Assembly: GCA_036172245.1 (NCBI GenBank)
Contig: JAYWIR010000035.1
Location: 744,001-808,000 of the forward strand
DNA: 64,000 nucleotides
Direction: 5' to 3'
Origin: Raillietiella orientalis
Lineage: Eukaryota
Part shown: piece by piece, positions 1 to 15,200 of the stretch
Position numbering within the stretch: position 1 is the stretch's first letter
Layout: each line of letters begins with the position of its first letter
Notes under the pieces: model-generated
Databases searched by the model: none
The model's input: the letters and a program-made list of their open reading frames with translations, nothing else
Told to the model about the DNA's origin: nothing
Position numbers and translations under genes: made by a program

Positions 1-292
1 TATCACAATTACATACTGCCACTGAGATGTGAGTAGTGACTGAGGTTCTCTCTAAAAATGCTACACATGCATTTACAAATAAATTAAATGACCATTATTC
101 CTATGACCGTAATCCTATGACCATTATTCCCAAAACTTATCTTATCCAATGATAAAATGTATCCTGTGCTACCATAGTACATGCTGAATCAACCTCCTCA
201 AAACAATTACCTGAAAGTTTAACCAATGTGACCCGAAATTTTAAAACAACGGCTACATAAAGCTAAATTAACGAGTTAATAAAAATACTCAC

Positions 293-464
293 AACAGCAG
301 AATGATGATACCTTGGAGTTGGAGGTGTACCTAATGCAAAAGCTCTTCCCCAACTCTGTTCCTTGACATCAAACCTTAACAAATCATTAAGCATATTCTT
401 TCCATTGTCACCTCCAAAAACATAAATTGCTCCTTTGTATGCAACAACGGTATGTTTACTCCTT
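293..464 (-). CDS. LZTR1: LZTR1 second coding exon (Kelch repeat); gene continues left of the window
   Basis: TTTTAG acceptor, GTGAGT donor, phase-consistent with exon 1. Translates [57 protein letters not shown] (LZTR1: [43 protein letters not shown]). Confidence 0.95.
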
Positions 465-626
465 CTAAAACGATAATCAATACACTTGTCTTCAAATGCT
501 ATGGATAATTAAGTAAAAATAAATAAATTTTAACTTGTGAATCAGCAACACTATGTTATGGAAGAATAATGAAACAAGAAATCTAATCAAAAACTGGTTT
601 TGACTGAATGAGTTTCAAATGATTAC

Positions 627-763
627 TTGGCTCCAACAAATTCATCACATTCAGGCATTTTTTTCCATCTATGTATGGTTTCCAGTGGCCCAAGATCTAA
701 TGTAAGAAATTCTGCTCCTTCATTATTGGAAAAATCAAAATCGCTACCTAATGCTTGAGCCAT
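627..763 (-). CDS. LZTR1: LZTR1 (Kelch-BTB CUL3 adaptor), first coding exon
   Basis: Translates MAQALGSDFDFSNNEGAEFLTLDLGPLETIHRWKKMPECDEFVGAK, closely matching the LZTR1 N-terminus as I recall it (..[29 protein letters not shown]). GTAATC donor follows 627; a TTGTAG acceptor at ~778 implies an upstream 5'UTR exon. Confidence 0.93.
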
Positions 764-3700
764 ATAACGAAATGCAACTACAAAATAAAGAAACAGCTTT
801 CAAGTCAAGAAAATCACCAGATATTTACCTTACATCCAGGTGTAATGTTTTGTTTTAGACTCTTTCTGACATATGATTGCCGTAATTTCTGGAGAACGGC
901 GTCAACGTTTGTTTGCTTGTCTGTTTCATTTACTGTAATATAAAGATTTATTTATTCCAGTCATAATGCATATCAACACTACGATTGTGTTGATTCTATG
1001 TACCTAACGAATTACCAATCCTGGTAGGTTTGTGCTTGCGCAAAATCAAAACCGACTTCCATATGGGCACTTCCTTGGAATTTTTTCACTTCCAGTAAGG
1101 TTATGTATATTACATCTATCTATATTCTATCTCTACGTTCTTACTTCGATTATTCGGTTAGCATAGGATACATAAAAGCTTCACTTCAAGCTTTTAAAAG
1201 AAGTGAAAAATGATTCAGTATTTTTGAAGTGAAAGTATTTTACGAAGCCGTGGACTACGGAAATTCTTTTTCCTAGGTTTTCATTTTCCATTTCTGGATG
1301 GATTAGACATTACTAATGGGTACACGTTGTTGCTGCTAGTAAGAGTATGTTGGTTGTGTGCAATTATCTCGCTATTCGGGTGATATTCTCACATCCACCA
1401 CAGCTAATAATTCTAATTCACTTTTGGTAGAGGTTGGATTAATGATCAGATACTGAAACGGCATTGAATTCAGTAAAAGTCCGTAAGTTTTCTTATAGCT
1501 GTAAAGGCGACTTGAAAGTTAAGCATATTCACACAATTGAAATCTGTTTTCAAAAGAAGTCATTTTTAATTCGTATAATTTGGAATAAAATGAGCGATCT
1601 GTTATAGTTACTCGTCTCACAATTCTAAGCTGAGTTCTTAGGCCCATCTGAAGATTCAATAAATGTTTCCGATTCCATATCAGGATAATTATAAAAAGTG
1701 AAAATGCATTTCTAGTTAATTCGACACCATTAATTGCACGACTGACTTTTTACGTGCAATTTGGAATCTTCAAACAAGCTTCAAGTACGTGCTTTTGCTG
1801 TCGATATATTTATTGCAATTAAAGGAACGTGCCTTTGCTGAATTTTGTTTTTTTTAAAAAAGGAGAATTTATAAAACATACTGCCCATGATTAATGGTAA
1901 TGAAAACAGAGGAACGTGAATTAAGATATGGGGACTAAAAAAGAAAAAAAAATCTCCTGAAAATACTGAATTACATATTATTTACATTTTCTGCCGTTTC
2001 CGTTTCATCGGCTATCGTTCACATTTGCAAACGAAAAACTTTAGAGGAAATATGTGCAGCTAATAAACAAATAAGTTAGCAACTATAATAATTTGATGAT
2101 CATGAGATAAATAAAAAGTTATTTATTCAATAGAGCATGATTATGGCACAACGTTGATGATTTGATGATGTGACCACTGCAATTAGACATATAAGATCAT
2201 CCCTTTCAGCATATAAGATCATGCGTGACACTGCTTCTTTTGCATTGGGTTGAGAAATATTTTCTGTATTCAACGTTTTCAAGAGTAATGTGCCCACTAT
2301 TTGAATGAAGTTTCATAGTTAAAGGTCTTGAATCTACTATGCCATGAAAGGTGTTTTTTAAATTCATTTATTTTCACTGTATCCTTTTAAAATTGTTTTG
2401 ATACTCAGAGCTTTTTATTGTCTCTCATATTTATTTAAAGAGAGTGTATGCAAAGGACGGAGAATTCTTATTTAAATCGTTCATCTTTTCATAAGAGTCT
2501 GACTGGTTTAATCACCTCAACTTTTGCAGTTCACCGATGTTTCCTTTCCATTTTGTTGTTGTTGTTTCAATAGAGTTGTATCTTGATTCATGATACGGAA
2601 TGAATCGTTACAATTACAGTCAAGAAGGAACATAATGGGCCGATACCTTGGTTTATTGCTCATCTGATGAAGAGGAATCTGTTTTTGCCGTGCAGATGGT
2701 GACTACATAACTACTGATATGCTAAACTTTATTCCATTTCATTAATGATTAGGGATTGCAAGGAGAATTTTTTATATGATGAGAAAATTCAGTAAAAGTA
2801 CGTGAATTCTAAATTCTTTGAAAACTTTGAAAATGCATCTTATTGCAAAAATGCTGTCCATTGCTTTTAGCAGAGAATCTCTCTTAAAATTCCAATGCAA
2901 TTCCAATGATTTTTATTTGTTTTTACTTACTTATTCCCTGCTGAATATTCTACTACAGTAATGGGAAAATTGTCAATAAATAAATAAACAAACAAACGAG
3001 TATTCAGTTTTTTTTTCTAAAAAAAAAAAATACAATTAGACTATGTACTGTAGTCCTTTTGATTCCCGATAAGCAAACTTGGCAAATTTTCTTAGCTCCT
3101 TCAGAAATCAACACTCCAACATCATGGATAGAGCAAAACTTCATTGAGATTTAACATCAAAGGTATAAATTCGTTGCATAATCTCGGGTTAAAAGTATGC
3201 AGTGCATCTGTCGTACTCTAAGAGTCTTCACAGGAACTGAGGTTTCAACCGTCGCAGTGACACCCATAGGTGTCATTAGCCTTTCAACCCAGCAGAAATC
3301 TTCTCTGATGTTGTTTGATAAGGACAGTTTTGAACAGTCCGTCTGAAAGTTTTGAGCGCTTTTCACAGATATCCTGAACAAAATCTATACCAAACGGAAA
3401 CGAAAGTTAGAGCGAAGGATTCGGAAGCAAGATTAAAAACTGCAAAAGAACCTATCAAGCCGCTTTTCGAAAGAAAAAATGTTGGTAACCGTGCTTAAAA
3501 CGTAAAGAAAAAATAAGCTCCACTAGTAAAAAAGATGCAAACTTCGAAAGAATTTAAAAACAGCCAGAAAAAACTTTCATTTCGAAAAATTTTGTCGCGC
3601 ATTCGATTTCATATTTCATATTTGGTGTGCAAGCGCTCGTGTATTCGGACTTTTCCTAATGAGAGCACTATTCATTGCATTTCGACTTTAATCCCTCTTA

Positions 3701-4073
3701 GCAGATCATCACTTCTATTCCCTATGCCTCTGTTTTCAAGTAACTGCCTGCATTTCGATCCACTCCAAAATTCTTTGGTGCAAAGGCAAACGCTACCCCA
3801 TTTTTTACAGGAGATCCTCTTTTATGTGATTTTTTCCATGCAAGCTGCTAATGAGAATGACTTGGTAGTCTCTATAGCATTGAAATTAAGCAGTTTATTT
3901 GCTGCATAAAATCAGTACATAGATCTCAATGTGGATTGAGAGACTTTTCCTAGCGATTCAGATCTCTCGGTCCACATGTTGAGTCTCGAAATGTTTTTCC
4001 ATTCGCCAATTGCTTTCTCTGCAATCAAGGCACTTTTATGCATTTTTGGAATCCAGGACTACTTATTGTTTAC

Positions 4074-4440
4074 TTAAGCTGTTAATGATTTTTTGCTCTC
4101 ACCCCTCTGATCTCTTATATAAAAACCGAAGTGCTCACCTCCATAACCAAATGCTGGCAAGCCATTTGGACCTATAGGCTGAAAGAGCAGGACGGGAGTT
4201 GGTAATTCATTACCTTGCAAAATACTCCATTTCAGATCTGAAAGTTCTTTGCATCAGCTCACCTGGCTCATCCTCAACACCAGATAAGAGGTTATTTCTT
4301 CTAGATGATCCAAACAGAGCTTGAACAACACGAAATGGGTTGATGAATCGTTTGGTAGAATGCTCGTCTTCAGATTGCACTTCAGAGTTAACACAAATTT
4401 CCAGATTAGCAAATCTCATTATAAAACTCTCGTGACACAA
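4074..4440 (-). pseudogene. 'GPNG-FGFY' family copy 1 (frameshifted)
   Basis: One frame gives QSEDEHSTKRFINPFRVVQALFGSSRR; after a frameshift near 4235, NGVFCKVMNYQTPVLLFQPIGPNGLPAFGYGGEHFGFYIRDQRGESKKSLTA*. Homologous to the ORFs at 11894 and 17770. Confidence 0.75.
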
Positions 4441-7400
4441 GAAAGTAATAAAATTCCAATCCCGGGAATATTTTCAAATGGAAAGAAAGATTCACATCAT
4501 TCTTAAGATTGGAATTCTTTGATTGATTTTGCTGTTGATTTGGGACAAGCAATTCGCTTTAATTTGAAAAAAAATACCTAGTGGCAAGTCTTTTTTTGAA
4601 AAAGGGACCGCTTATAAAGGCAAGCCATGAGTTCACCTGCGATTCCACTATGATCGGTACAAATCTCACTGAGATGAAGTCCATGAAATGAGTAAAAGAA
4701 TTCTAAGAATGACTCCGTTGGATAATGCGTTTCCAAACCTGGTATTTTGCAAACTATCGTTCTGAATTGCCCGCTACAGTTATTTTATTTTGCAAGCGAT
4801 GATTTTTTGAAAGCATTGAGGGGAAAAAAGCAAAACACAAATCCTCCCGTAGCATTCTCTCTTGATAGAACATTAATGTGTGACTTTGTAAAGCGACATT
4901 ATTTCGACTTTAATCTCGTAAAAAATGGGAATTCAAGACGATTCGATTATTTTTATTCGAATGCTTTTAAAGAAAAAAGTATCAGAATATTATTTTGAGG
5001 TACAGATTTTCAACATGGAAACGGCAAGACACGGAATTAATATGGAATCACTGAGTGGATGCTCTTGGTGTTTCATGGTCGAAGCAACCCGCAATAACGT
5101 TTTATTCCTTTTTTTGCATATTATGGATAACCACTGTTAAGGAATGCAAATATTTTGCACAGCGAATGCAATGTGTCTATAGGATGCTGACATCTGTCTC
5201 GGACACAAACACTTTCGGGTGCTGAGTTTTGGTATGGTTACTCACAAGAGTTTTGATTAAATAAGAGATGACCAAACTCAACAGCAATCTGTCAATTCTT
5301 TCTTTATTTTTTTTGAATGATTCACCACTTTGAATGCTACTAAAGGTGTTTCGATAGTGGTCGACAGCAAGTGCTGTCTTTGGCATTTCTGTTAGATCAC
5401 GTGAATCCATTCAAAGGCGTGCTTCTTGTCCTGTTGTTTTCTACGTCTACTACGGATAGAACTTGCGCGTTATCGTTCAAATAATGGGAGAGAACAAAAG
5501 CTGAAAAACCTTTGAACTGTTTGGTCAGTTCTTGTCGATCTTTTACATGCTTGAAATTATATCAGGCAATTTTCTAGAATAAAATGGCTTTTCCGATACA
5601 GTGTGTTTTCTTTTTTCCTTTTAATCAAGCAAACAGGATAAAGAAATAATCGTGCCAACCTGGTATGCTGCTAGCCCTCAATAGCTGACAACCGATGATC
5701 ACACATATCAGTATCTTCATTGTCATTTCTAAAAAAATGCTGTGAGTTCTACGGAAACTAAAGACAGCAGCGAGCTCAGTAGTTTTTACTTTCCCAAAGG
5801 CATAAGATTTTCGATTTGCATATTGGTAATCAAATAGTCATATAAATACTTCTTGTGTTTTGCTTCGGGCTATTTCTTATCTACTCAAAAGGCTAAAGGA
5901 TAAATATTGTTCGCTCGTTATGCAACATAATTAATAGCCACTTCCTGTTTGGGATCAATTATTTCGAAACTTCGCAATGATACTTTATCCACATCCTACT
6001 TCTTTCCTTCGTAATACGTACAGTAGGACCTTTGAATTATCACACAGCTCTGGAGTCCACTTCCCGTGCTTGCTGTATTTCGAGGGCACAGTTTGACAGA
6101 CAAATCCAGAATGTTAGCTTTCTGGAGCAATGGAAGGTTGGGAAAGAATTTACTTGCATTAAAGCAGCATTTTTTTTTTCCTGAACAGCATCTTCTATTA
6201 AAAAGTGAGGATGTGTTGGCACAATTTTGTTCCCTGGAATTTTTACAGCTTTCTACTGTGAACGGATCCTTGAAAAATCAAATACATGATAGGTGTGTGG
6301 GGTTTTCTTAAACCATTAAATCACATTGCGTCATGGTTTTATAAACTTCGAACTCTGAGTTGAATGCTCAGGTAAGTGCTTTATGTAGCTTAGGAAGTGC
6401 GGGCACGTCTTCAAGATGTAGATTGCGGCCATGCTTGATTTGTGGTGATTTTTCTGGTTGAAGGGTTACCAATTTCTGACGAACTCAACGCTTAGATGAT
6501 TTGCATTTGTTTTCATGGCTGAAATTTGAAACGAGACTCTCAAATTTTGCAGTCCGAATCGCAAACATGCATAAAACTGTTCTCTTCTGACATCTTTGAT
6601 GAACTTTGGCTTCTGATTAATGTGCTAAACAGCGTTCGATTTGTTTACAGGCATTTTAATTTACTTTTCTTCTACTTGTATTCATTCAGATATTTTATAA
6701 GAAAAATACATTCATAATATTTAAGCCATATGAAGAATCGATGCAACACACCTGACTCTTTTCATCCTTAATTCAGAAGGTAATATATGAAATACCTATT
6801 TTCAAAATACAAACTTTTAAAAAATCATCTTAAAAAAATAGAAGGAGCAAGAACAAACGATTTAGTTAAGAAATGCAATTGGTGATTGTGACCTCGTTCT
6901 TGTATGCTGACCGACATCAAAGTTAATTACTTGGAATAGGAGAGTGAACAAATTACGAAAACAATTGTATGCTGCATAATTTGAAGATATTTCTATGAAT
7001 TCACTCTCAACTGATTCGGTTGAACTTTTCGAAAGCACTCCAAATTCTCTTTTAAGAAAAAACTAAGTAGTGGCAGGCGGACGACCAGAAGCATGTCCAA
7101 ACTTTATTCAGCAATACCCTATTGCCTGCTGATCGCTATATTGCTGAAGGACTATTTTGCTCGAATGACCAATGCAATAAATGTTGAAGTAAACATAACA
7201 GAATTCCCATCAGCTGTTCAATAGTAATTTATGCTTATAATCATAGTTTGTTATCAAACAACGTTCTGTGAAGATACATGGTGAATTTTTACACTCCTTC
7301 TAAATGAATCGAAAGATTCATTATAAGATCGAAAGATTACCCACGCATGTTGAATATTCAGAATTCACGTAACTATTCCAACGGCCCCTATTCAAGTACA

Positions 7401-10400
7401 AAGTCAAAAACATTTCAAATTTCGAAGGCTCCGCTGGTGAAACGAGACCGAGAACTATTTTGGAAAGCACAACTGGGGTGAGCCCCAAACGAGGTGAAGG
7501 AAGATATGAGGACAAAAAATAAATTATATCAACAACCCGGGAGACGATTCACATGGCATCTTGAAAGAAATTTGCGACAACGTTCGGGGGTCAGTATTTC
7601 TGTTTCGTTGCACCCTTTTTCTCATCGCTGGGTGCCGTGTTGTTTTGTCGGTATTCTTCCACTCGAGAATCCGACGGGAATCCTCCTCACAGTGGGATCC
7701 ACCTGACTGGAAGGTGAGTATCGGTTTGAACTAGATCCCCGTAATAACATAATAATGCAGTAGCAATACGTGCTGTGAGTAACGTCAACACCATCTTAAT
7801 TCGTTCGTTCATAGTTTTGCTAATCTTACTCACCTGAGTTCATGTGTTTATTTTCGATGGATGCTTGGTTCTCGTTAGAACACGCTCAACGTATCAAAAA
7901 TTCAGTGGTCACATGAAGCAGTAGGTGCAGAGTAGTGAACCTCTTCTGCTCTTCGGGGCAATTCCCTGATTGAAATATTTGCCGAAATCGCCTTTTTTTC
8001 TTGTCGATTTGGCTTGCTCTCTTCGACTCATATGGAATGCGTCCATAGTCATGCCCACCATTCATCATAAAACAGCCCTGTAGCAACTTTGACATTCTGA
8101 AGTCGCAAGCAGATTTTGGTCAATCTTTCGATGAAAACGCATCAACTAGTCTAGAGATCAATATTGCAAAGCGGGTGACTGAAGCATCTTTTCTAAGGAA
8201 ACATCTCGCAGAGAGCGGAAGCAAACAAAATGATTGCTTAAAGTCGATCACTGCACTCGTTATTCAAATCCAATTAGGAAGCGATCTAATTTCCAGCCTT
8301 CCACGTTTTAACTGTCAGTAGGTAATTGTACAGATAGTCCTTATGCATTTAAAAGATACGCAGTTCGGAATCTGAAGTCTTCTGAAAATTAATCAAGGAA
8401 AAATGGGTCAAATCCGATATTCTTAATGCATCTTGGAGCAAATAGCCACACCAAACGCTGGATTTCGCTGTGTGCCTTCTCTTCCTTGTTTTGATATTTT
8501 TATTGTTCTCAATGAGTGACAAATGAATAGACTAATTGCTGAAAAAAACTGTACCGGAGCTGCGCATTAAGGATAACTGAATGATGAGGATATTTACATT
8601 TTAGGAATAAAGACTAGCAGCTTGAGAACAACCTGAGATTCCTCAACTATTACCGATTACTATTAGTAATTAGGCTTTCATGCTTTACAATAATCTTGTG
8701 TTTTCTTACTAGGAGAGTCCTTATAAGGAACAGTTTCCATAATAGAAAATGTTTCTACTTTTGTATAGACTCGAAATGTCACAGTAATCATCTAGAGCTA
8801 TCTGTGCAACAGATACCGTTGAGTAACTTTGCATGTAAAATATACCATAAGTATTAGTTTCTAGTGTCAGAACAGTAGATACGAAATAGGATACAAAAAC
8901 TTAGTGCTTTGTCAACGATCGGCAATTCATTCAAGTGGATGGAGTCACCGTTTATGGTGATTGGGCTATCCATGATGTACAATGAAATGTGAAACATAAC
9001 ATGATTCGGCATCCGAATTACAAAGTAGTTTTGCATGGGGAACAAAGTCATTAAAATTGATGAACATCATAGAATCCCTTTATCTTTATTTCCCTGTACC
9101 TTCCCTAATTTAGGAAGATCAAGGGAGTGATCCATTGTTCAATGAAAACCTAAGATAATGTCTGCCCAGTGCATGTATCGGGAAATATTCAAAGTACTGG
9201 AAACACAAGAGGATGGGTAGACACCAGAACAAAGGATCTGGCAGGACACTCAAGAAAGGAAGGAGGAAGAATTTAACCTTTTTTTCTTTTTCCTAGTTCT
9301 AGTGGCTTCAGAAAAACTAAACTTCGAAGAAAAGAAAACTGAATCGAATCTCCAAATCTGACAGCCCAACTGTCAGGAGATAAGCTGATATTCGTAACAG
9401 TTTATCCCTAGCCATAGTAATGCAGAAATTCTCGATGATCCCTGTTCTCTGTCTTGCAAATACTGGATGTTGAGTCATAGTGTACTCAAGTAAGAATATA
9501 CTGTCGGAGAAGCAAGCAGTGGTTCAAGGATTCATGTCTGGAATCTTTTTCGAGGTGGAAATGCTGCTATACGACGACGACTTGCAATTTGCGTTTTCAA
9601 TCTCATGCGATGGAGCCGCGCAGAGCAAAATGGCGACCAACAGTAAAATACGGTGCACCCGATTCCCAGAGTTGCCAAAATGTACTCGTGTGCGAACTCC
9701 TCAAGTTGTGACTGCTCGCATACGGTGGTGATAGAGGGACGGGAATCTAATCTGTGTTTGATTTCGATTGGGGGGGGGGGGGGGTGACTAATCCAGAAAC
9801 GGAATAAAAATCTACCCCTGAGGACTTGACATCAAAATAAGGTACAATCCTGTCCTCGTTCTCCTTTACTCGAATTGACTGCTCGAAAGTCACATATCAA
9901 ATTCATATCACACGCCCTTTATAATGATTTACTGGAAAGTTTTCGTTCAGACCACTGCCTCACTGTGTCAGATGCATTCTCACTCGACACAAACTGACTA
10001 TCAACACATAATAAGTCACAGCTACCTGCTTTTCTTGAATTTCTCTGTCATTTGGTCCATAGATCTCCACGCACACAGAATCCTTATACCGAACCAGTAA
10101 TACAGTACTATCGATAATTGCAGTCCGGCACCAGAGTTCATTTGGTAGTACTCTTGTCTCCAGAAAACTCGCCTTATTTTGAAACTTACATCATGTATTT
10201 CTGTATCGCAGCAAAAAAGTTAGTACCAAAATAGGCAAGCTGCGTAAATGTAGAATGCTTAGCAGTTATTTCTGTTTGCATTGCAAAGGAAAAGTTTCGT
10301 GCCTCATTCGTGAAAGGATTATACAAAACCACGCTCAGCGAATGCTGAATGGAGACTCTATATGAAAGTAAAAGAATGAAAAAACATGGGAATATTGGAG

Positions 10401-11893
10401 CGCTGAGTGTCCAAAGAGATAAATGCTCGAAAGAAGAAGAGGAAAAAAGTAAAGCATTTCCGAGAGATGAACAAATGCCAATGTCAAAGTCGTTACGATT
10501 GGTTACCATGTTCTCAACTCTTGCTCAAGAGGAAAGCATAGTGGATACAGCATGCTGGATATGCATCTGAGGAAGAATGCCTCTCGGAAGTGGTGCTACA
10601 TTGCTGCTATGCTTCTAGAGCAATGAATAAAGGAGTCGTAGTTTTAGAAGTGAAGATCATGGCCTTTGAATTTATGGTAGCAGAGATCGGTTTTGTCAAA
10701 CTTTTCTTGCCACTGATCGAGATGACACCATCCCAGGAATGGTGTCTCATTTCCCTCTGAGCGGATGGGAAATTCGAGATTCATAAAGCATTCTAAACAT
10801 TCAAAAGGAAGAAGCAAAATGACTGAAGACTAGTGCTTGAGGATCTCTTAAGGAAGCGTTTGGAGGAATCGAAAAACGAGGGAGGGCATTTTTCCATGTT
10901 ATACAAATCTGCGTTATACGGGACTCCACTGTACCAGAAATATGGTGGGACCACTGTGAATGACGTTCGAAATCCGATCGAAACAAAGGCATTTACATGC
11001 CCAAGGTTATCTTGCCAAGGTCGAAGCCAAATATGGTCAACACAGTGGAGTAAACTGCTTAAGCGGAGGAAAAGTATTCTGAGATTGTTCTCGAAACTCT
11101 ACCAAGACGGAATCAAAGCATTTATTCCAGTACCCTCTGCGCAATGTGTTTGGTTGTGGAACTTCCCATTTCGATAGGCACGACGGAGCAAACGGGACGA
11201 GTTTCAAGTTGAAAATGAAGCAAGAGAAAAAGCAATATGCGGAGATCATTGATGAGAGCGCATATGGAATGAAATTTGCTTTTTTGGAAAACAGCCTCGT
11301 GGAAACAAGTTTTTGCTCTTTCCTCACTCCTGTATCTTTTGCAAGGGTGCCAGAGAAGGAAAATCCACCTTTGGGGGGGGGGGGGGTCACCGAACGCTTA
11401 ATGAATCTTTAAAGAGCTTTCAGATGTGGATGTCCGTAACAGTGTGGAAAGGTTTCATTCGTTGAGAAATCTTTCCAGGATGAATACGCAAGAGTTTTAT
11501 CAACTGGTTTATGCAGGACAAAAAGAATACTTGTAGGGATGTGTCGATGAGGAGCCAAACAAGATCAGACAACTCCTTCTAAAAGTCTGATCCTTTGGTC
11601 GTAGTGTTCGCCTGCAACACGCCCGCCTCGGTATGCTGTCGAGTTGGATTTACTTGTTGAGGAATGCTTTTTCCTCAAATGTGTGCTGTCGGAATCTCTA
11701 CTCCGAGGTCTGGTCTTGTAAAACGGTATGAAGTATTTTTCCAAAAAGGTTCAGAGCCTTAGATCCAGGAACAAATACGGTCTCCAGAAAAGAAGCAGCT
11801 TTTAATGTCGGTTCACTTTTTGACAATGCCTATTCAGCAGGCGGATGTTTGAGAAGGAGAAAATCCAAGAACTCATCTTGTCTGCTCGAGAAA

Positions 11894-12226
11894 CTATACT
11901 TTCACAACTCTGTCCGTTTCTCCTTGGTTCCTCAGGTAGAAACCAAAGCGATTGCTTGAAAATCCAATTGCCGGTCTTCCATTCGGTCCTTTTGGTTGAA
12001 AGAAAAATGTTGGTACAAAAAAGTCGCTGGCTCCAAATTGACCTCGAGGAAATGGGAAAACATTGTAAGAAGATGCCGTGTTATCCGTAGGTTGGTAAAA
12101 ACTGTAAGCCTCATCCGGAATTCTCCTGAATGTGTCCCGCGTATTCTCGGCAGACTTGGCAAACAGCAAGGATGCATCCTGATCTTCTACGGAGGTGTCG
12201 CCAGGAAACTCTGAAATTTTCATCAT
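11894..12226 (-). CDS. 'GPNG-FGFY' family copy 2, main exon (start exon uncertain; may be a pseudogene)
   Basis: ORF ..EFPGDTSVEDQDAS...RGQFGASDFFVPTFFFQPKGPNGRPAIGFSSNRFGFYLRNQGETDRVVKV*, with a TTTCAG phase-1 acceptor before EFPG. A hydrophobic stretch lacking an in-frame ATG (TFKTLLSLLLHVTMQTDA) lies at ~12455-12510. Confidence 0.7.
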   Translation of the reverse strand: MMKISEFPGDTSVEDQDASLLFAKSAENTRDTFRRIPDEAYSFYQPTDNTASSYNVFPFPRGQFGASDFFVPTFFFQPKGPNGRPAIGFSSNRFGFYLRNQGETDRVVKV

Positions 12227-15200
12227 AGACGAGATTAATCACAAACTGGACAAAGGAAAAAAAAAATTGTTGGCTGCATCTATTAGGCTGCCCTGCCGGC
12301 AGAACTCTTGAGGCATTGCGATTGATTGCACTCCGAGCGATCAAATGCTTTGTATTACTCTCTGTTTAGAAACTAAACGACGTACCGTACGAGAGGTTGG
12401 TATGGAATTGCCAATCGTTTTGGATTCCAATGTTTTATGAAGGGCTCTTTTGCACGCATCCGTCTGCATGGTTACGTGGAGCAGGAGAGAAAGTAAAGTT
12501 TTGAAAGTTCAATCAGGGGCTGCTTTGATGCTTTCCTTTCGAGTGTGGAGAGGAAGGTACACGGCACAGCATCCGTAGCCATGCGTTTGCTGAAAACTCT
12601 ATGAACTGATCTAGCTTTGCTGCTTGCGCTGATGGAGTTTCAATTGAAAAATCTAAACGATATTATATTGGAATGCACCGTGGATGGAAGGTCACGAAAT
12701 CTGTAAAGAGCAGACGCTTCGATAGTGACGAGAAATGTCAGAGTTGGCTCAGAACACGACATCGATCATTTCGAAACTCATGGAACCAAAGCGATCTGTT
12801 TGAATGACCAAGAAGCGAATCTCGTCTTCCTGAACGAAAAGAGTCCAAAGAGCAGACTGTCCGACGAAAGTTTTTCGAAACATGAAGTGCCCCTGCACTG
12901 CCACAGGCGATCCGAAAAGAAAGAGTTCATACACCAATCTTTGCATGTCTAAACACGGAACCCAATCCGGTCAGCTTGTTAGTCGGCAGAAAAATTCTCT
13001 GAAAAGGAAAGTACGAGACCACCGCTGGCGGTCTCTTCTGCTGCTACGCGGTGTGTTTGTTCTTTTCAGCTTTCCTCTAAGCACTTGGGCTTATGCTGGG
13101 AAATTCCATTGCAACGGATCGAATGGAATACTCGAATTGTAAAATTTAAAAAAAACAGCAGCCCAGCTTAGGAGACTCCTTTGCACCCTTATAAGCATCG
13201 CAAAAAACACCGAAGGCGTGGAAATACGAAGATTTTCTGCCGACCTTCTAGCGCTCTCGAAGAACTCGCGAGTTTTTAGAATCTTTTCTTAATCATTCAT
13301 CGTTCCTAGTGCGGGTCTAAAAGCCTTTCTATTTTAGAATCGTTTACTGCATTTTTGAAAAAATAAAATGAACTAATAATGTCACAGATTCAAAGAGCAA
13401 GAAACTGTTACGAACCGTATTCCTCTATGGTATTTGATGGCCATACGAGTGCGACAATTAACACTATTTTCACGACCATCTTGGCAGAATCAGCTCAGCT
13501 CAGCTTCTATTCTAAAGCTGAAGAAGCCATCTATTTCCCATAAGTCACATGCGTTGACCTTTAAAGCCCCTTTCTTCCGAAACAAGGTGAAGGTCAGTGA
13601 AGAAAGCTTCCGATGAAAAGGTCGGCTGGTAGGAGAATCTCGTTGTTGAGCTGAACCAAACTGTGGATGCACCTTTTGCAAGTTCATACTTCGTGGTGGC
13701 AAAAGACAATGCGGAATGAAATGAGTCCTTTCTGAGCAAATTATTGAGCACATTACCACCAGGAATTCGTCCATGGTGATGACGACTATCAACTGTGTGT
13801 CATCTTGAAGTCTAGGTTTAAACGCTGATCGGCCCTCTATTTTATTAAATGATGCAGATAAATGGTTCGGTTCGAAAATCCAAATAAAAAACTTTCAAAG
13901 CCATTTGAACAGTCATGTTTCAGAGTACAAATACGGGCACACGGAACATTTATTCCTTCTGTTTGTTTCATTTCATCGTGTTGTGAAGGGGGGGGGGTAA
14001 AACGGGTCTCTGAGCTACCAAGCTTGTATACAGAAGCAGCTTTGATTCATCGTGACCAGAGTGGGAAGAAAGTAAGTACCACAAGGACACGTCCAACGTG
14101 TTTCGGATTCGCTAAACACCAATGCGTAACAAGTGGAAACAATTCTAACCATTCGAAGAGAAGCACGGCATTCCGGAGGCGTTCGATTTCTCAACGATAG
14201 ATGAAGTCTGGGTTGCATTCCGGCATCTGGATTGTTACAGCTCTGCGCTGCATTTTGATATCTAGAGGATTCTGAGAATTTTCCCGACAGGAGTAATGCA
14301 TGAGAAAATCACCATAAGGCTCATCCCCCCCCCCCCTCGTTGCCGCAGTGCTTGTTTGCATAGCATGACCCTATCCTAGGGGCAGGCAACGAGAATCACG
14401 TTCTTGTTCCGAGAGAGGGTTGGACATAAAGAAAGACATCGAAGGGAGAAAAAAACGTATGCTTGGTGACGAGACAGGAGACCGTAAGAACTGACTGTTG
14501 ACTGGAATGCAAATTTGATTGCTTTTTGTGATTCATTAAATTTTTCGGCTGTACATAGACTAAACAACGAATCCGAACTTTTCTGTTAGCTGGTGACATG
14601 CTCTGGTGTGATCCTTTGTGCTGTAGCTCAGGCAATGAAATTCTAGGGTGGTGCGGCAAAGAGCTCCTCTAAGATGCCGTTTAAGTGGTGCATAAATATC
14701 TGTCCCATAAGTATCCTTCAAGATAAATCTGCTCAAAATGATTTTCTCTCAAACGTTCTCTTGGGAATCTGCTCACCGAAATCAAACCAAATTGAGAAAC
14801 ACTGCTCTTTGCAGTTTGTGAACTGCCATTTCGCTCCATCCAAATGTCTTGAGAGATCCAAACCTCTTTCAAGACTGATCGGTTTCCTAGCATCTTCGTG
14901 CTCACCATTTGGTGGAGTGAAAACTCAGACAAAAATGAGGATGCCTGCTTAAAGGATGAAAAGATCCACTTCCCCTTCAAAAAGCAAGGAATGATTTAAA
15001 CACAAGAAGAAGAAGAAGCAGAAGGAAAAAAAACAGTAATGTCAGAAACAGAAATTAGTCTGACCAGAGATTCTAGTGCCGTTAGACACTAGAAACGAGC
15101 ATCTAGAGTCAATAAACCATGAGATCAAAAAAAAAAAAAAAAAACATGAAAAAGCTGCAGCCATCTCGAAATGTTTACCAGCTGTGAACAAGAACATTCG

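Noticed and set aside
88..131. Three ~15-bp tandem units ATGACCATTATTCCT in an LZTR1 intron
   Set aside because: Ordinary short tandem duplication.
2662..2700. Hammerhead ribozyme cores (CTGATGA; also ~32025 and ~44386)
   Set aside because: No correctly placed stem II/GAAA/stem III pairing.
10500..11400. Decayed plus-strand reading frame
   Set aside because: Protein-like but no motif I can assign; left unannotated.
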